This document shows, piece after piece, positions 32,845-45,194 of a stretch of DNA of 64,000 nt. The stretch covers positions 1,888,001 through 1,952,000 of the forward strand of contig JASGHJ010000001.1 in the NCBI GenBank assembly GCA_047602405.1, in the 5' to 3' direction. Both the position numbers and the translations under genes were made by a program. The notes below the pieces were generated by a model. It saw nothing but the letters and a program-made list of their open reading frames with translations, was not told the DNA's origin and made no database searches. This DNA is from Anaeromyxobacteraceae bacterium (GTDB taxonomy: Bacteria; Myxococcota; Myxococcia; Myxococcales; Anaeromyxobacteraceae). Numbering within the stretch: the stretch's first letter is position 1; each line of letters starts with the position of its first letter.

Positions 32845-33056
32845 CCGGGCACGAACCCTCCGCGCCGGGCCAGGCCCCACCCTCGTGGACGACCGGCGCG
32901 TGAGCCGGCGCAGACGTCTGCGCGCGCGGATCCGCTCGACCCGGACCCGGTCCTGCCAACATGGCAAACCGAGTTGTCACCCAGGGTTACGCCACGAAAT
33001 TGGCCAGTTCAAGCGCTTGAACCAGGCCCGATGTAGGGACCAGGGTCGGGACGCGA

Positions 33057-33380
33057 ATGTCCGTCGCCCTGCCATCTCCTGGGGCTGATCGTCTGACCGC
33101 GTCCGGACCGCGCGCAGACGTCTGCGCAGGGAGCCCCCGCGGGCCACGGTTTGATCTCCGGCGCCTTCCTGAGCGGACGGTGCTCTGGCAGGGGCTCTGC
33201 AGCTTCCACGCCGACGACGCTCCGCGGCCGATGGGCGAGCTCGCCGCCGACGGCTACGCGCTCCTGCGCGCCCGCCGCGCAGAGGTGGCGCGCGGCTGCG
33301 CGGACCAGCTGCTGGGCTCGTTCGCGGGCCGGACGGCCTGGTCCGGCTGGTCGGGACGGAACGAGGCCGTGCCGCGCTGA
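33057..33380 (+). CDS. Hypothetical protein
   Basis: ORF fills the gap with plausible codon usage; no motif recognised. Confidence 0.3.
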   Translation: MSVALPSPGADRLTASGPRADVCAGSPRGPRFDLRRLPERTVLWQGLCSFHADDAPRPMGELAADGYALLRARRAEVARGCADQLLGSFAGRTAWSGWSGRNEAVPR

Positions 33381-33388
33381 CGGACTCC

Positions 33389-33973
33389 TCACTCCACGGG
33401 GACGGCGGCCCGCAGCTCGACCGCGTGCGCCGCGAAGTCGCCGAGCAGGGCGCAGTACGCGCGCTCGAGCGTTTCCGCGTGGTCGCTCCCGTCCACGTAC
33501 ACGACGCGCTTCGTGGCCTCGCCGTGGAAGGTGCCGGCGTCCACGCCGCCGTCCGCCCGGACGACCCGCGCGGTCGCGACGATCTCGCTCGTGACCGGCG
33601 CGGTCAGCTCGAACCACCCCGCAGACTGCGAGCGGGTCGACACGCGCTGGATCCGGACCTCCAGGCGAGCGCCGGCGCTCGCCATGGCGTGCGGCGCGGC
33701 ACCGAGGAGCCGCGCGACGTCGTCGGCCAGCGTCCCGCCGAGCTCCGCGTAGTCGAGGGAGAGCGGGAGGTCGCCGTGCCAGTTGAACTGGGCGCCGATC
33801 CGCGTCGGCCGGGAAGGGGCCGGCGCCGGGACCACGGGCAGCGGGCTCGCCGCCGGCGCCGGCGCCGGCGGGGCCGGGCACCGGATGGCCCGGAACGTCT
33901 GCGGACGCTGCTGGAGCGCGCAGCCGTTCACGGCGGTGGCCAGCACCAGGGCCACGAGCGAGGTGCGCTTCAT
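33389..33973 (-). CDS. Hypothetical lipoprotein
   Basis: GGAGG RBS; MKRTSLVALVLATAVNGC lipobox-like. Confidence 0.7.
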   Translation of the reverse strand: MKRTSLVALVLATAVNGCALQQRPQTFRAIRCPAPPAPAPAASPLPVVPAPAPSRPTRIGAQFNWHGDLPLSLDYAELGGTLADDVARLLGAAPHAMASAGARLEVRIQRVSTRSQSAGWFELTAPVTSEIVATARVVRADGGVDAGTFHGEATKRVVYVDGSDHAETLERAYCALLGDFAAHAVELRAAVPVE

Positions 33974-34163
33974 GCGAGCCTCCGCGCCGGGCTCTACGAC
34001 CGAGCGTCGGTCCTCGCTCCGCCCTTTCGGGACGGCGCGGACGAAACGGCGGAGGAGCGGGAAAGTTCGACGCCGGGGGCGTGAAGCGCCCGCGCGGACT
34101 CCCGGTCCCCGCCCGGACGGGGCGGAGGAGGTCACGCCCGGCGCGCCGTGAGATCCTTCGCTC

Positions 34164-34775
34164 ATGCGCCTCGCCGGTACGGTCGCTGCCCTCGCCCTCC
34201 TCGCCGCGGGTTGCGGGACCGCTCGCCCCTCGCTCGCGGCCCGTGCGCCGATCCATGGCGGCCTCGCCGACGCTCCGGTGGAGGTGCCGCGGCCGGCCAC
34301 CGTGCAGGGCCAGGTCAAGGAGGTCATCGCCGCCGCCGGGCCCATCTACCTCTCGGGCCAGCCGTCGGAGGCGGCGCTCCGCGAGCTCGTCGCGGGCGGC
34401 GTGACCGTGGTCGTGAACCTGCGCACGCCCGAGGAGATGGCGGACCGTGCGCAGGTGCCGTTCGACGAGGAGGCGCTCGTGAAGTCCCTGGGCGCGAGCT
34501 ACGTGCACGTGCCGCTCGGCGGGAAGGACCACCCCTACACGCCCGCCGCGGTGGACGAGGTCGCGCGGGCGCTCGCCGCGCACCAGGGGAAGGCGCTCCT
34601 CCACTGCACGGTCGCGTGGCGCGCCTCGCACATGTGGGCCGCCTACCTCGTCCGCCACCGCGGCGTACCGGTCGCCACCGCGCTCGAGCACGCGCGCGCG
34701 GTCAACGCCGGCACCCGCTGGCCGATGGCCGACCTGCTCGACGCGGACGTCGCCCTCGAGCCGCGCGGACGGTGA
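34164..34775 (+). CDS. Cys-based phosphatase-fold (DUF442/BLH-like) lipoprotein
   Basis: Lipobox LAAGC; SGQP, VVNLRTPEE, LLHCTVAWRA (CX5R-like). Confidence 0.8.
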   Translation: MRLAGTVAALALLAAGCGTARPSLAARAPIHGGLADAPVEVPRPATVQGQVKEVIAAAGPIYLSGQPSEAALRELVAGGVTVVVNLRTPEEMADRAQVPFDEEALVKSLGASYVHVPLGGKDHPYTPAAVDEVARALAAHQGKALLHCTVAWRASHMWAAYLVRHRGVPVATALEHARAVNAGTRWPMADLLDADVALEPRGR

Positions 34776-34888
34776 CGGCGACTCGAGGTACCACGGCCCC
34801 CCGGACCCTCCGCCTGGGTGCCGTCCTCAGGTGTCACGCTGGCGGCGCGGACCCCTCCCAGAGCCGCAGCTCAACCGCCGAGGTCCCC

Positions 34889-35371
34889 ATGCTCCCTGCG
34901 CTCCTCCTCGCCGCGGCGCTCGCCGCGGATCCCGTCCCACCCGCTGCGTGCGGTGCCCCGCAGCATCGCGCCTTCGACTTCTGGCTCGGCACCTGGGACG
35001 TCACCGCCGGGGCGAAGACCGCCGGCCAGAACCACATCGAGCGGATCCTGTCGGGCTGCGGGCTGCAGGAGCACTGGACCGGCGCGAAGGGGAACCGCGG
35101 GACCTCGCTCAACTGGTTCGACCCCGCCGACGGGAAGTGGCACCAGCTCTGGCTCGACGATCAGGGGACGGTGCTGAAGCTCGAGGGCGGGCCGCGCGAC
35201 GGCGGGATGGTCCTCGAGGGCGAGGCGCCCGGCCCCGGCGGGAAGCTCGAGCGCCAGCGGATCACCTGGTCGAGGCTCGACGGCGGCAAGGTGCGCCAGC
35301 GCTGGGAGGCTTCCGCCGACGGGAAGGCCTGGCGCGTCGTGTTCGACGGGCTCTACGCGCCGCGGGGCTGA
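34889..35371 (+). CDS. Secreted beta-rich protein (DUF1579-like)
   Basis: Signal peptide; FDFWLGTWDV, GKWHQLWLD, WEASADGKAW. Confidence 0.7.
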   Translation: MLPALLLAAALAADPVPPAACGAPQHRAFDFWLGTWDVTAGAKTAGQNHIERILSGCGLQEHWTGAKGNRGTSLNWFDPADGKWHQLWLDDQGTVLKLEGGPRDGGMVLEGEAPGPGGKLERQRITWSRLDGGKVRQRWEASADGKAWRVVFDGLYAPRG

Positions 35372-35372
35372 C

Positions 35373-35849
35373 TCACTTCTTCCCGTGGTGCATGAGCTTC
35401 TCGTGCCCCGCGGAGAGCTCGGCCTTCGAGAGCGAGCCGTCGTGGTCGGTGTCCATCGCGTCGAACATCCTCTCGGAGGCGGCCGCGTGCTCCTCCGCGG
35501 TGAGCACGCCGTCGCCGTTCGCGTCGACGGTCTTCAACTTCTCGGCCGCGGACAGCTCGCCCTTCGCCGCCTTCTGACCGGTCGCCTTCGCGTGCCCGGC
35601 CTCCATCTCCGCCGCGGTGACCTTGCCGTCCTTGTCGGCGTCCATGGCCTCGAACATCGCCTTCGCGGCGGCGGCGTGCTCGGCGCGGGTGACCTTCCCG
35701 TCCCCGTTCGCGTCCATGCGGTCGAGCATCGAGCCGTGGACCTTCCCGCCGGAGTCGGGCGGATCCGCGGCGAGCGCGGGCCGGCCGGCCAGCAGGGCGA
35801 GGGCGAGGGGGACGAGGACCGGGCGGACGAGCGACAGCGGGGTGGCCAT
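35373..35849 (-). CDS. Secreted EF-hand calcium-binding protein
   Basis: Four loops: DANGDGKVTRAE, DADKDGKVTAAE, DANGDGVLTAEE, DTDHDGSLSKAE; GGAGG RBS. Confidence 0.9.
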   Translation of the reverse strand: MATPLSLVRPVLVPLALALLAGRPALAADPPDSGGKVHGSMLDRMDANGDGKVTRAEHAAAAKAMFEAMDADKDGKVTAAEMEAGHAKATGQKAAKGELSAAEKLKTVDANGDGVLTAEEHAAASERMFDAMDTDHDGSLSKAELSAGHEKLMHHGKK

Positions 35850-36018
35850 GTACGACCTCCGTGCGTCGACGATGTGGACGGCCTCCGCGCGTCGAAACCC
35901 CCCAGCGCACGGGCGTTCCACGAGCGAACGGTCGGCCTCCAGCCGACGCAGGGGTGAGCGTGAGGCCCCACCGGAGGACGTTGAGCGCGACGCGGGCGGG
36001 GGCGTAACGTCGTCCGTC

Positions 36019-36492
36019 ATGCCCGACGCCCCGAAGGTCGCCCTCGCGTTCGCCGTCGCTGCCGTTGCCCTCGCGCGTCCGGGCCTGGCGGGCGAGCCCT
36101 CCGAAGCCTCGCTCCGGGCCGCGGACGCGGAGCAGATGCGCATCATCGTGGAGGGCGACGCGGAGGCGCAGCGCGCCTTCATGCACGACCACTACATCCT
36201 GAACGGTCCGTCGAACCGGGTCCTCCGGAAGGCGGTCCTCGTGGACATGCTCGCGCGGGGGAAGATGGCGAGCGAGCGCTTCGAGCGCGTGATCGAGGGG
36301 ATCGCCATCACGGGGAACGTCGGCATCGTCATGGGCAGGGAGACCGTGCAACCCCGCGCCGGCAGCGAGCTCGCGGGGAAGTTCGGCACCGCACCCCTCG
36401 AGCGCCGCTTCACCAACGTCTTCCTCTTCGAAGGCGAGAGGTGGAGCTTCCTGGCCCGGCAGGCGAGCGTCATCCAGGCGCCCGGCAGGTGA
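36019..36492 (+). CDS. NTF2-like (DUF4440) secreted protein
   Basis: Signal peptide; GNVGIVMGRE, RRFTNVF....WSFLARQAS. Confidence 0.75.
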   Translation: MPDAPKVALAFAVAAVALARPGLAGEPSEASLRAADAEQMRIIVEGDAEAQRAFMHDHYILNGPSNRVLRKAVLVDMLARGKMASERFERVIEGIAITGNVGIVMGRETVQPRAGSELAGKFGTAPLERRFTNVFLFEGERWSFLARQASVIQAPGR

Positions 36493-36514
36493 GGGCGCAC
36501 CCTCCTCGCGCCCC

Positions 36515-38830
<2,316 letters not shown>

Positions 38831-38982
38831 GGGACCCTTACAGAGCGCAGGCGCACCCCCCCGTCAATACGCGCGGCGGCAGCGCACCCGGGCCGATGCA
38901 CCGCGCGTACGGGTCACCATCCGGAGGCTTACGCCCGTGCACCGCGCAACCGATCGTGCCCCAGGGCTCCGGGGAGGCGTCG

Positions 38983-41613
38983 ATGCGGTGCTGGCGGGTG
39001 GTGGCGGTCTCGGCGGGCCTCTGGCTCGCCGCTCCGGCGTACGTCCTGGGACAGGCGGGGACGCCCGGGCCGATCGCGGCCGAGAACGCGCTCCCGGGCG
39101 ACGGCGGCTGGCGACTCGTGCAGCGCGCGGGCCCGGGCCAGCTCGAGGCGTACTCCGACGCGCCGAGCGCCCCGCGCGGCGGCTCGTTCGGGATCCACGC
39201 CCGGGCCGACGCGCCGCACGCGGTCCGCTGGGCACTCTTCCGGATGGGCTGGTACGGCGGCGTGCGCGGGCGGCGGGTGGCCGAGGGCGGGCCGGTGGCC
39301 GTCGGACCGCAGGCGACGCCGATCCCGGATCCCGCCACGGGGCGGAGCGCGTGCGCCTGGCCGGAGACGTTCCGGCTCGCCACGAGCCCGTCCTGGCCGA
39401 GCGGCGTCTTCCTGCTCGTGCTCACGCGGGACGACGGCGCGCAGACGTACGTGCCGCTCGTCCTGCGGGACGACGCCCGCAAGGGCGTCGCGGTGCTGCA
39501 GGTCTCGGTCAACACCTGGCAGGCGTACAACTGGTGGGGCAGCGGCAGCCTCTACACTCCGGGCGTCTACGCGGTCTCCTTCGACCGCCCCTACGCGGAC
39601 GCGAACGGCGCCGGGCAGTACTTCCGCGTCGAGCACGACCTCGTCGCGTGGGTCGAGAAGCGCGGCCTCGACGTCACCTACCTGACGAACGTCGACCTCG
39701 ACCGGGACGCGTCGCTCCTCGCGGGGCAGAAGCTCTTCGTCTCGATGGGCCACGACGAGTACTGGACCCGCCCGGCGCGGGCCGCGCTCGAGGCCGCCAT
39801 CGCGGCCGGGACGAGCGTCGCGTTCCTCTCGGCGAACTCGATCTACTGGCAGGTGCGGCTCGAGCCGGGCGTGGCGCCGGCGGGCGGCGTCGCGGCGCCC
39901 GCCCGCACGCTCGTCTGCTACAAGGACACCGCCACCAGGCTGGACCCGCTCCGGGGCACGAACCTCACCACCGTCCGCTGGCGGCAGGCGCCGGTCTCGG
40001 AGCCGGAGAACGCGCTCCTGGGGTCGATGTACTCGGCGTGGATCCTCGCCGACACCGCATGGGTCGTGACGAACGCCGGCCACTGGCTCTACGCCGGCAC
40101 CGGCCTCGCCGACGGCGACGCCATCCCCGGCGTGGTCGGCTACGAGACCGACCGGCGCTTCTCGAACGGGGTGGAGCCGCCGGGGGTCGAGGTGGTGGCG
40201 CGCGCCGCGGTCGCCGACGTGGAGGGCCGGCCGGAGTGGCACGAGGCGGTGGTCCGCGCGACGCCGGCGGGCGGCTACGTGTTCGCGGCGGGCAGCATCG
40301 AGCTCGCCTGGGCGCTCGCGCGCACGGGGTACGCCGACCCGCGCATGCAGCGCATGGCCGAGAACCTGTTCCGCCGCGCGGGCGTGGTGCCCGAGACGCC
40401 GGACTCGCCCGCCGCACGCCCGGACCCGCTCGTGCTGTCCGCCGCCGCGGACGCGGTGGTGACGACGGTCGCCGGCGCGGCGTTCGAGGAGGGGCTCGTC
40501 GACGGCCCCGCCGCCGCGGCGCGGTTCCGGCGGCCCACCGCCGCCGCGGTCGACGCGCTCGGGCGCGTCTGGATCACCGACACCGGCAACCACGCCGTGC
40601 GGCTCGTCCTGGCGGACGCCGGGCGCACGGTCCAGACGGTCGCCGGCGACGGCGTGCGCGGCTGCGGGACGGGCACCTCGGCGCGGCTCGACGCGCCGCA
40701 GGGGATCGTCATCGACGCCGACGGGAGCGCGCTCGTCGCGGACACCGGCAACCACCGCATCGTACGCATCCGGGACCTCGGGGGTCGGTTCGAGGTCGAG
40801 CGCGTCGCGGGCGGGGACGGCTGGAACGGCTTCGCCGACGGCCCCGCGGACGACGCGCGCTTCTTCGGTCCCTCCGGCCTCGCGCGCGCGGGCGGCGCGC
40901 TCTTCGTCGCCGACCGCGAGAACCACGCGGTCCGCCGGCTGGACGCGGCGGGCCTCGTGACGACCGTCGCGGGCAAGGGCTACGAGCCCGGGCTCGCCGA
41001 CGGGCCCGCCGGGACCTCGCGCCTGAACCTCCCGAGCGACCTCGCGGTGGTCGGCGACGGGCTGCTCGTGCTCGACGCCGGCAACCGCCGGCTGCGCCGG
41101 CTCGCGCTCGACGGGCTCGTGCTCTCGTCGGCGGCGGGCGCGAACGACGGCGGCTTCGCCGACGGCGCCGCGGACGCCGCGCTCCTCATGGGGAACGCCG
41201 GGCTCTCCGCGCTCGCCGGCGGCGCCGGGCTCGCCTTCGCGGACGGCGGCAACGCGCGGATCCGCCTCCTGCGCGAGGGGATGGTGGAGACGCTCGCCGG
41301 CGACGGGACCCCCGGGGCCCGGGACGGCGCCGCGGCCGGCGCGCGCTTCGCGCTGCCGACCGGGGTGGCGACGCTCTCGGCGTCGGAGTGGCTCGTCGTG
41401 GACAACGGCGCGTCGACCCTGCGGCGCATCGCGGGGGCCTCGGCGCCGCCTCCTCCGCCTCCTCCGCCCGCCGCGAAGGGGCCGCGGGCGGGCGGGGGCG
41501 GTTGCCAGTCCGGCGGCGCGGGCGTGCTCGGCCTCGCGCTCGCCGGCCTGGCCTGGCTCGCTCAGGCGCGCGGGCGCCGGCGGGCCGGCAGGAGCGCGAT
41601 CACCGCGCCGTAG
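38983..41613 (+). CDS. Secreted DMF-amidase-beta-like (DUF6605) domain plus NHL repeats and MYXO-CTERM-like tail
   Basis: IAAENALPG, TWQAYNWWG, VSFDRPY, GHDEYW, GYETD; NHL repeats (ADTGNHRI); GGGCQS + TM + RRR. Confidence 0.8.
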   Translation: MRCWRVVAVSAGLWLAAPAYVLGQAGTPGPIAAENALPGDGGWRLVQRAGPGQLEAYSDAPSAPRGGSFGIHARADAPHAVRWALFRMGWYGGVRGRRVAEGGPVAVGPQATPIPDPATGRSACAWPETFRLATSPSWPSGVFLLVLTRDDGAQTYVPLVLRDDARKGVAVLQVSVNTWQAYNWWGSGSLYTPGVYAVSFDRPYADANGAGQYFRVEHDLVAWVEKRGLDVTYLTNVDLDRDASLLAGQKLFVSMGHDEYWTRPARAALEAAIAAGTSVAFLSANSIYWQVRLEPGVAPAGGVAAPARTLVCYKDTATRLDPLRGTNLTTVRWRQAPVSEPENALLGSMYSAWILADTAWVVTNAGHWLYAGTGLADGDAIPGVVGYETDRRFSNGVEPPGVEVVARAAVADVEGRPEWHEAVVRATPAGGYVFAAGSIELAWALARTGYADPRMQRMAENLFRRAGVVPETPDSPAARPDPLVLSAAADAVVTTVAGAAFEEGLVDGPAAAARFRRPTAAAVDALGRVWITDTGNHAVRLVLADAGRTVQTVAGDGVRGCGTGTSARLDAPQGIVIDADGSALVADTGNHRIVRIRDLGGRFEVERVAGGDGWNGFADGPADDARFFGPSGLARAGGALFVADRENHAVRRLDAAGLVTTVAGKGYEPGLADGPAGTSRLNLPSDLAVVGDGLLVLDAGNRRLRRLALDGLVLSSAAGANDGGFADGAADAALLMGNAGLSALAGGAGLAFADGGNARIRLLREGMVETLAGDGTPGARDGAAAGARFALPTGVATLSASEWLVVDNGASTLRRIAGASAPPPPPPPPAAKGPRAGGGGCQSGGAGVLGLALAGLAWLAQARGRRRAGRSAITAP

Positions 41614-43442
41614 AGCGCGAGCAGGGTGGTCTCGCCCGCGCTCGTGCAGCCGCCGCGGCCGCGCTGGACCGTGGGCGTCTCGGTGACGGGGTCCGGAGAG
41701 GGCGTGGGGTCGGGCGTGGGCGTCGGGCCCGGGCCCGGATCCGGCGTGGGCGTGGGCGTTCCGCCGGCGAGCGCCTCGATGCGAGCCGCGATCCGTTCGC
41801 GCGCGGCCATGAGGTCCTCCGGCTTCTGCTCGGTCGAGTACGGGTGCGGGAAGAGCGTGAGCGCCTCCCGGCGGGCCATCGCCTCGTCGCCCGCGCTCGC
41901 GAGGAGCTTCAGGTACTCGTAGTCCTCCATGCCCTCGCGGATGTACTTGAGCCGCATCGAGGCGATGGGGATGTCGGTCGTGCCGCCGATGCGCGAGGTC
42001 TGCCCGGGGTAGAAGAGCGTGCCGTCGCCGTTGCCGGAGAACTGGTACACGCTGTTCCAGGGGTCCTGCCCGTACGCGTAGGCGGTGTCCCAGTACAGCT
42101 CGCCCGTCATCCGGAAGGTGAAGAGGAGCCACTGCATCGCGCGGTTCCGCACCGCGGACGCGTCGATCATGTAGCTCGGCCAGCCGGTGAAGTAGCGGTC
42201 CTCCTCGTTCGGCGAGCCCATGTTCACCGTGCCGCCGCAGCCGTGGCTCATGCAGCTCTGGTAGCCCCACAGCTCGCGCTGCGCGGAGCCGGCGAGGAAC
42301 CCGTCGTACTTCGGCCGCTGGTCGCCCGCCGAGCCGGAGCCGGGCTTGTCGTCCATGAAGTTGATGCAGGGGACCATCACGTCGATGGACGAGGTCACGC
42401 CGTGCTTGTCCGACTCGTCGATGGAGGTCGTGACGAGGGTCTTCACGTTGGCGGCGCGGGCGGTGGCGGCGCGCGTGGGGATGTCGCTCCAGGCGCAGGT
42501 GAGGGGCGGCTCGTCGCAGGTGTACTGGAAGAGCCGCGGCAGCCAGCCCTTCGACTGGAAGTGGCTCGACCAGCTCGAGGCGGGGCCCATGAGCTCGACC
42601 GCGGTCATCTCCGCGCCCCCGAGCCGCGTCGCGCCGCCGCCATCCATGGACGGGCCGTACCACTGATCGTAGTGCGGCATGGAGGCGTCACCGTCGTCCA
42701 CGCGGGAGAGCGTGACGCGGTGGTCGAGCGCCATGTTCCCGTAGCGCACGCGGAGCTGCGCGAAGGCGTCGCCGGAGGAGACGCCGTGCTCGGACGGGAT
42801 GGCACCCCAGTTGAACGAGAACGCCGAGCGGAGCGACGCGGTGGCCGGGAGCGTGAAGCGGCGGACCGTGAGCGCGACCGGCACCTTCGCCGAGCCGCCG
42901 GTCCAGGTCACGTCGACCGCGCCGGTGTACGCGCCGGGGGCCGCGCCGGCGGGCACGAACACCTCGACCCAGATCGCCCGGCTCTGGCCGGCGGGCACGT
43001 CGAACGGGAAGGCGTTCCGCTGCTGGCCCACGAGCTCGTCGACGTCGGGGACGAGGGGGTCGGGCCACGGCCCGGTGCCGCCGTCGAGCGCGGAGGGCTG
43101 CGTGAGGTTCAGCAGCGCCTCGCGGTAGAGGCGGACCTCGGAGATCGTCCCGGCGCCGGTGAGCGCGCTCGCCTTCGCGCGCACGCCGGTCGCGGGGCCG
43201 GTCACGACGATCTGGAACGCCTCGAACTCGTTCCGCGCGGCGGAGATCGCGGCGGACGGGCCCTGGCGGGCGGCGGTGGAGGGCCGGATCTTCTCGGTCG
43301 CGACCGCGGTCCACACCTCGACGGCGCCGGCGGGGGACGGCGCGGCGCAGGCGAGCGCCGCGGAGACGAGCGGCGCGAGGAGCAGGTGGCGGAGGTGACG
43401 TCGGGTGAAGCTCGGCAGGTCGGCGGGCAGCGGAGTCGGCAC
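41562..43442 (-). CDS. Secreted glycoside hydrolase-like protein (GH123/DUF4091-type) with MYXO-CTERM-like tail; start uncertain
   Basis: AARNEFEAFQ, DEP, GDGTLFYPG, SMRLKYIREGMEDYEYL; PT-rich linker; GGCTS + TM + RRR. Confidence 0.8.
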   Translation of the reverse strand: MPTPLPADLPSFTRRHLRHLLLAPLVSAALACAAPSPAGAVEVWTAVATEKIRPSTAARQGPSAAISAARNEFEAFQIVVTGPATGVRAKASALTGAGTISEVRLYREALLNLTQPSALDGGTGPWPDPLVPDVDELVGQQRNAFPFDVPAGQSRAIWVEVFVPAGAAPGAYTGAVDVTWTGGSAKVPVALTVRRFTLPATASLRSAFSFNWGAIPSEHGVSSGDAFAQLRVRYGNMALDHRVTLSRVDDGDASMPHYDQWYGPSMDGGGATRLGGAEMTAVELMGPASSWSSHFQSKGWLPRLFQYTCDEPPLTCAWSDIPTRAATARAANVKTLVTTSIDESDKHGVTSSIDVMVPCINFMDDKPGSGSAGDQRPKYDGFLAGSAQRELWGYQSCMSHGCGGTVNMGSPNEEDRYFTGWPSYMIDASAVRNRAMQWLLFTFRMTGELYWDTAYAYGQDPWNSVYQFSGNGDGTLFYPGQTSRIGGTTDIPIASMRLKYIREGMEDYEYLKLLASAGDEAMARREALTLFPHPYSTEQKPEDLMAARERIAARIEALAGGTPTPTPDPGPGPTPTPDPTPSPDPVTETPTVQRGRGGCTSAGETTLLALYGAVIALLPARRRPRA

Positions 43443-43631
43443 GTTCGGCGGGGCCTCGCTCTCGGGTGGGTGCCTGTCGGGCACAGGAGCAGCAGCCCGC
43501 ACTCCGGACGGGTGAGCAGCCGCTGCTTCCTCTCCGCGAACGAAGACGGCTCGTGTGGGTATTCCCTCGCCGGGTACACGGCGAGAGAAGCCAGGGGGTG
43601 AGGTGGGGGCGGGTGAGCGAGCGCGCGCAGC

Positions 43632-43701
43632 TCGCCCTACGACAGGCTCAGGGCGAACGGTGCTCGATCACCGCTCGTGGTGAGCCTGTCGAACCACGAG
43701 C
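43632..43701. repeat. Inverted doublet of short REP-like palindromes (family A short form)
   Basis: tcgccctacgacaggctcagggcgaacgg and inverted gctcgtggttcgacaggctcaccacgagcgg. Confidence 0.75.
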
Positions 43702-44153
43702 CGCTCGAGGTCGAGCGGCACGCCGGAGCCGGCGAGCACGTCGGCCACGACGTCGGCGACGGTCGCCGCGAGGTCGGTGCAGTGCGCGTGGCGCGCGGGC
43801 GACTGGAACTCGCCGAACGCGCGCACGAGGTCGTCGCAGACGTACGAGGGGCGATCCAGCCGCCGCCGGATCTCCGCCTCGTAGGCCGTCATCGCGGCGC
43901 GGAGCGCGGGCGTCACGGCGCCCGTGGGCGAGGGATCCCCGAGGAGCTCGCCCAGGATGAGCTGCCCCGCGACGACGGCGCCGCAGGTGCCGTGCCCGGT
44001 GATGCCGCCGCGGCGAAGCGCCTGGTAGGGCGCCGTGGGCCGGCCGAAGGTCTCGGCGAGTGCGATGCCGCAGCTCCGGTGCGGGGTCTCCTTGCCGTCG
44101 TAGAGGAACCGGGCGCGCTCGCGGAGCGCGGCGACGAGCTCTTCTCGGGTCAT
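43668..44153 (-). CDS. C-GCAxxG-C-C family putative redox protein
   Basis: HRSCG, GGITGHGTCGAVVAG, YVCDDL, HCTDL. Confidence 0.8.
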   Translation of the reverse strand: MTREELVAALRERARFLYDGKETPHRSCGIALAETFGRPTAPYQALRRGGITGHGTCGAVVAGQLILGELLGDPSPTGAVTPALRAAMTAYEAEIRRRLDRPSYVCDDLVRAFGEFQSPARHAHCTDLAATVADVVADVLAGSGVPLDLERLVVRQAHHER

Positions 44154-45121
44154 GGCCCGCTCTCCTTCTTCGGTGGCTTCGGCGCCCGCTTCGGCTTCGG
44201 CGGCGGCGCCGGCCGAACCGACCCGAGCGCCGCGTTCTTCTCGAGCTCCTCGACCGTGCGCGGCCAGTCCTCCTTGAGGAGGCGGGCGAGCGAGCGGTCG
44301 GAGAGGATCTGGCCGCCCGTCTGGCAGCGGGGGCAGTAGTCGACCTCGTTCTCGGCCCGCTGGATGCGCTGGATGGCGGTGCCGCACACCGGGCAGGCCT
44401 GCCGGAACTTGCCGTGCACGGCCATCTCCGGCCGGAAGGCGGTCACGCCCTCGGGGAACTCGCCGCCGGCCTCCGCGCGCAACAGGTCGCGCCAGCGCAC
44501 GAGCACCTCGCGCGTCTTGTCGTGGAGGCGGGCGACCTCCTCGTCGGTGAGCCGCGAGGTGAGCTTCACCGGCGAGAGCCGCGCCGCGTGCAGGATCTCG
44601 TCCGAGTAGGCGTTGCCGATGCCGGCGAGGAAGCGCTGATCGGTCATGGCGCGCTTCAGGGTGTGGTTCTCGCGGCGGAGCGCCTCGCCGAAGGCCTCCG
44701 CCGTCGCGCCGAGGGGGTCGATGCCGCCGCGCCCGAGCGCCGCCACCCCGGCCTCGCCGCGCACGAGGTGCAGCGCGGCCCGGCGCTTCGTGCCGGCCTC
44801 GGTGAGCGTGAGGGTCCCGCCCGGGAAGTCGAGCGCGAGCAGCCCCACCTTGCCGGGGAGCTTCGCGCCCGCCTCCTTCCAGTGCAGCCGCCCCGCCACC
44901 ATGAGGTGGAGCACGAGGAAGAGGTCGTCCTCGAGCGCGAAGACGAGCCGCTTCTCGGCGCGGCGCACCCCGAGGACCCGCTTCCCCGTCGCCGCCGCGA
45001 GGGGCGGGTCGGCGGAGCGCAGCAGGAACGGGCTCCCGAGCCGGGCCGCGACGAGGGGCTGCCCGCGGAGGCGCGCGTTCAGGGCCTCGACGTAGACCTC
45101 GATGTCGGGCAGCTCGGGCAT
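44150..45121 (-). CDS. Fpg/Nei family DNA glycosylase
   Basis: MPELPD, HLMVAG, AGIGNAYSDEIL, CPVCG...YCPRCQ. Confidence 0.9.
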   Translation of the reverse strand: MPELPDIEVYVEALNARLRGQPLVAARLGSPFLLRSADPPLAAATGKRVLGVRRAEKRLVFALEDDLFLVLHLMVAGRLHWKEAGAKLPGKVGLLALDFPGGTLTLTEAGTKRRAALHLVRGEAGVAALGRGGIDPLGATAEAFGEALRRENHTLKRAMTDQRFLAGIGNAYSDEILHAARLSPVKLTSRLTDEEVARLHDKTREVLVRWRDLLRAEAGGEFPEGVTAFRPEMAVHGKFRQACPVCGTAIQRIQRAENEVDYCPRCQTGGQILSDRSLARLLKEDWPRTVEELEKNAALGSVRPAPPPKPKRAPKPPKKESGP

Positions 45122-45194
45122 CCCAGGAGCCCGGAAGTTATCACGCGCGGACCGTGACGACGCCGTGACCTCCGCCGGGTATCATCCCGGTCCC

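Noticed and set aside
32960..33060. c-di-GMP-I riboswitch suggested by GGCAAACC
   Set aside because: The expected GAAA-capped stem and downstream GGACGCAAAG-like segment are not at the right spacing.
43445..43600. Riboswitch upstream of the glycoside hydrolase-like gene
   Set aside because: Hairpins are present but no known aptamer consensus is recognisable by eye; an Rfam/Infernal search would be needed.
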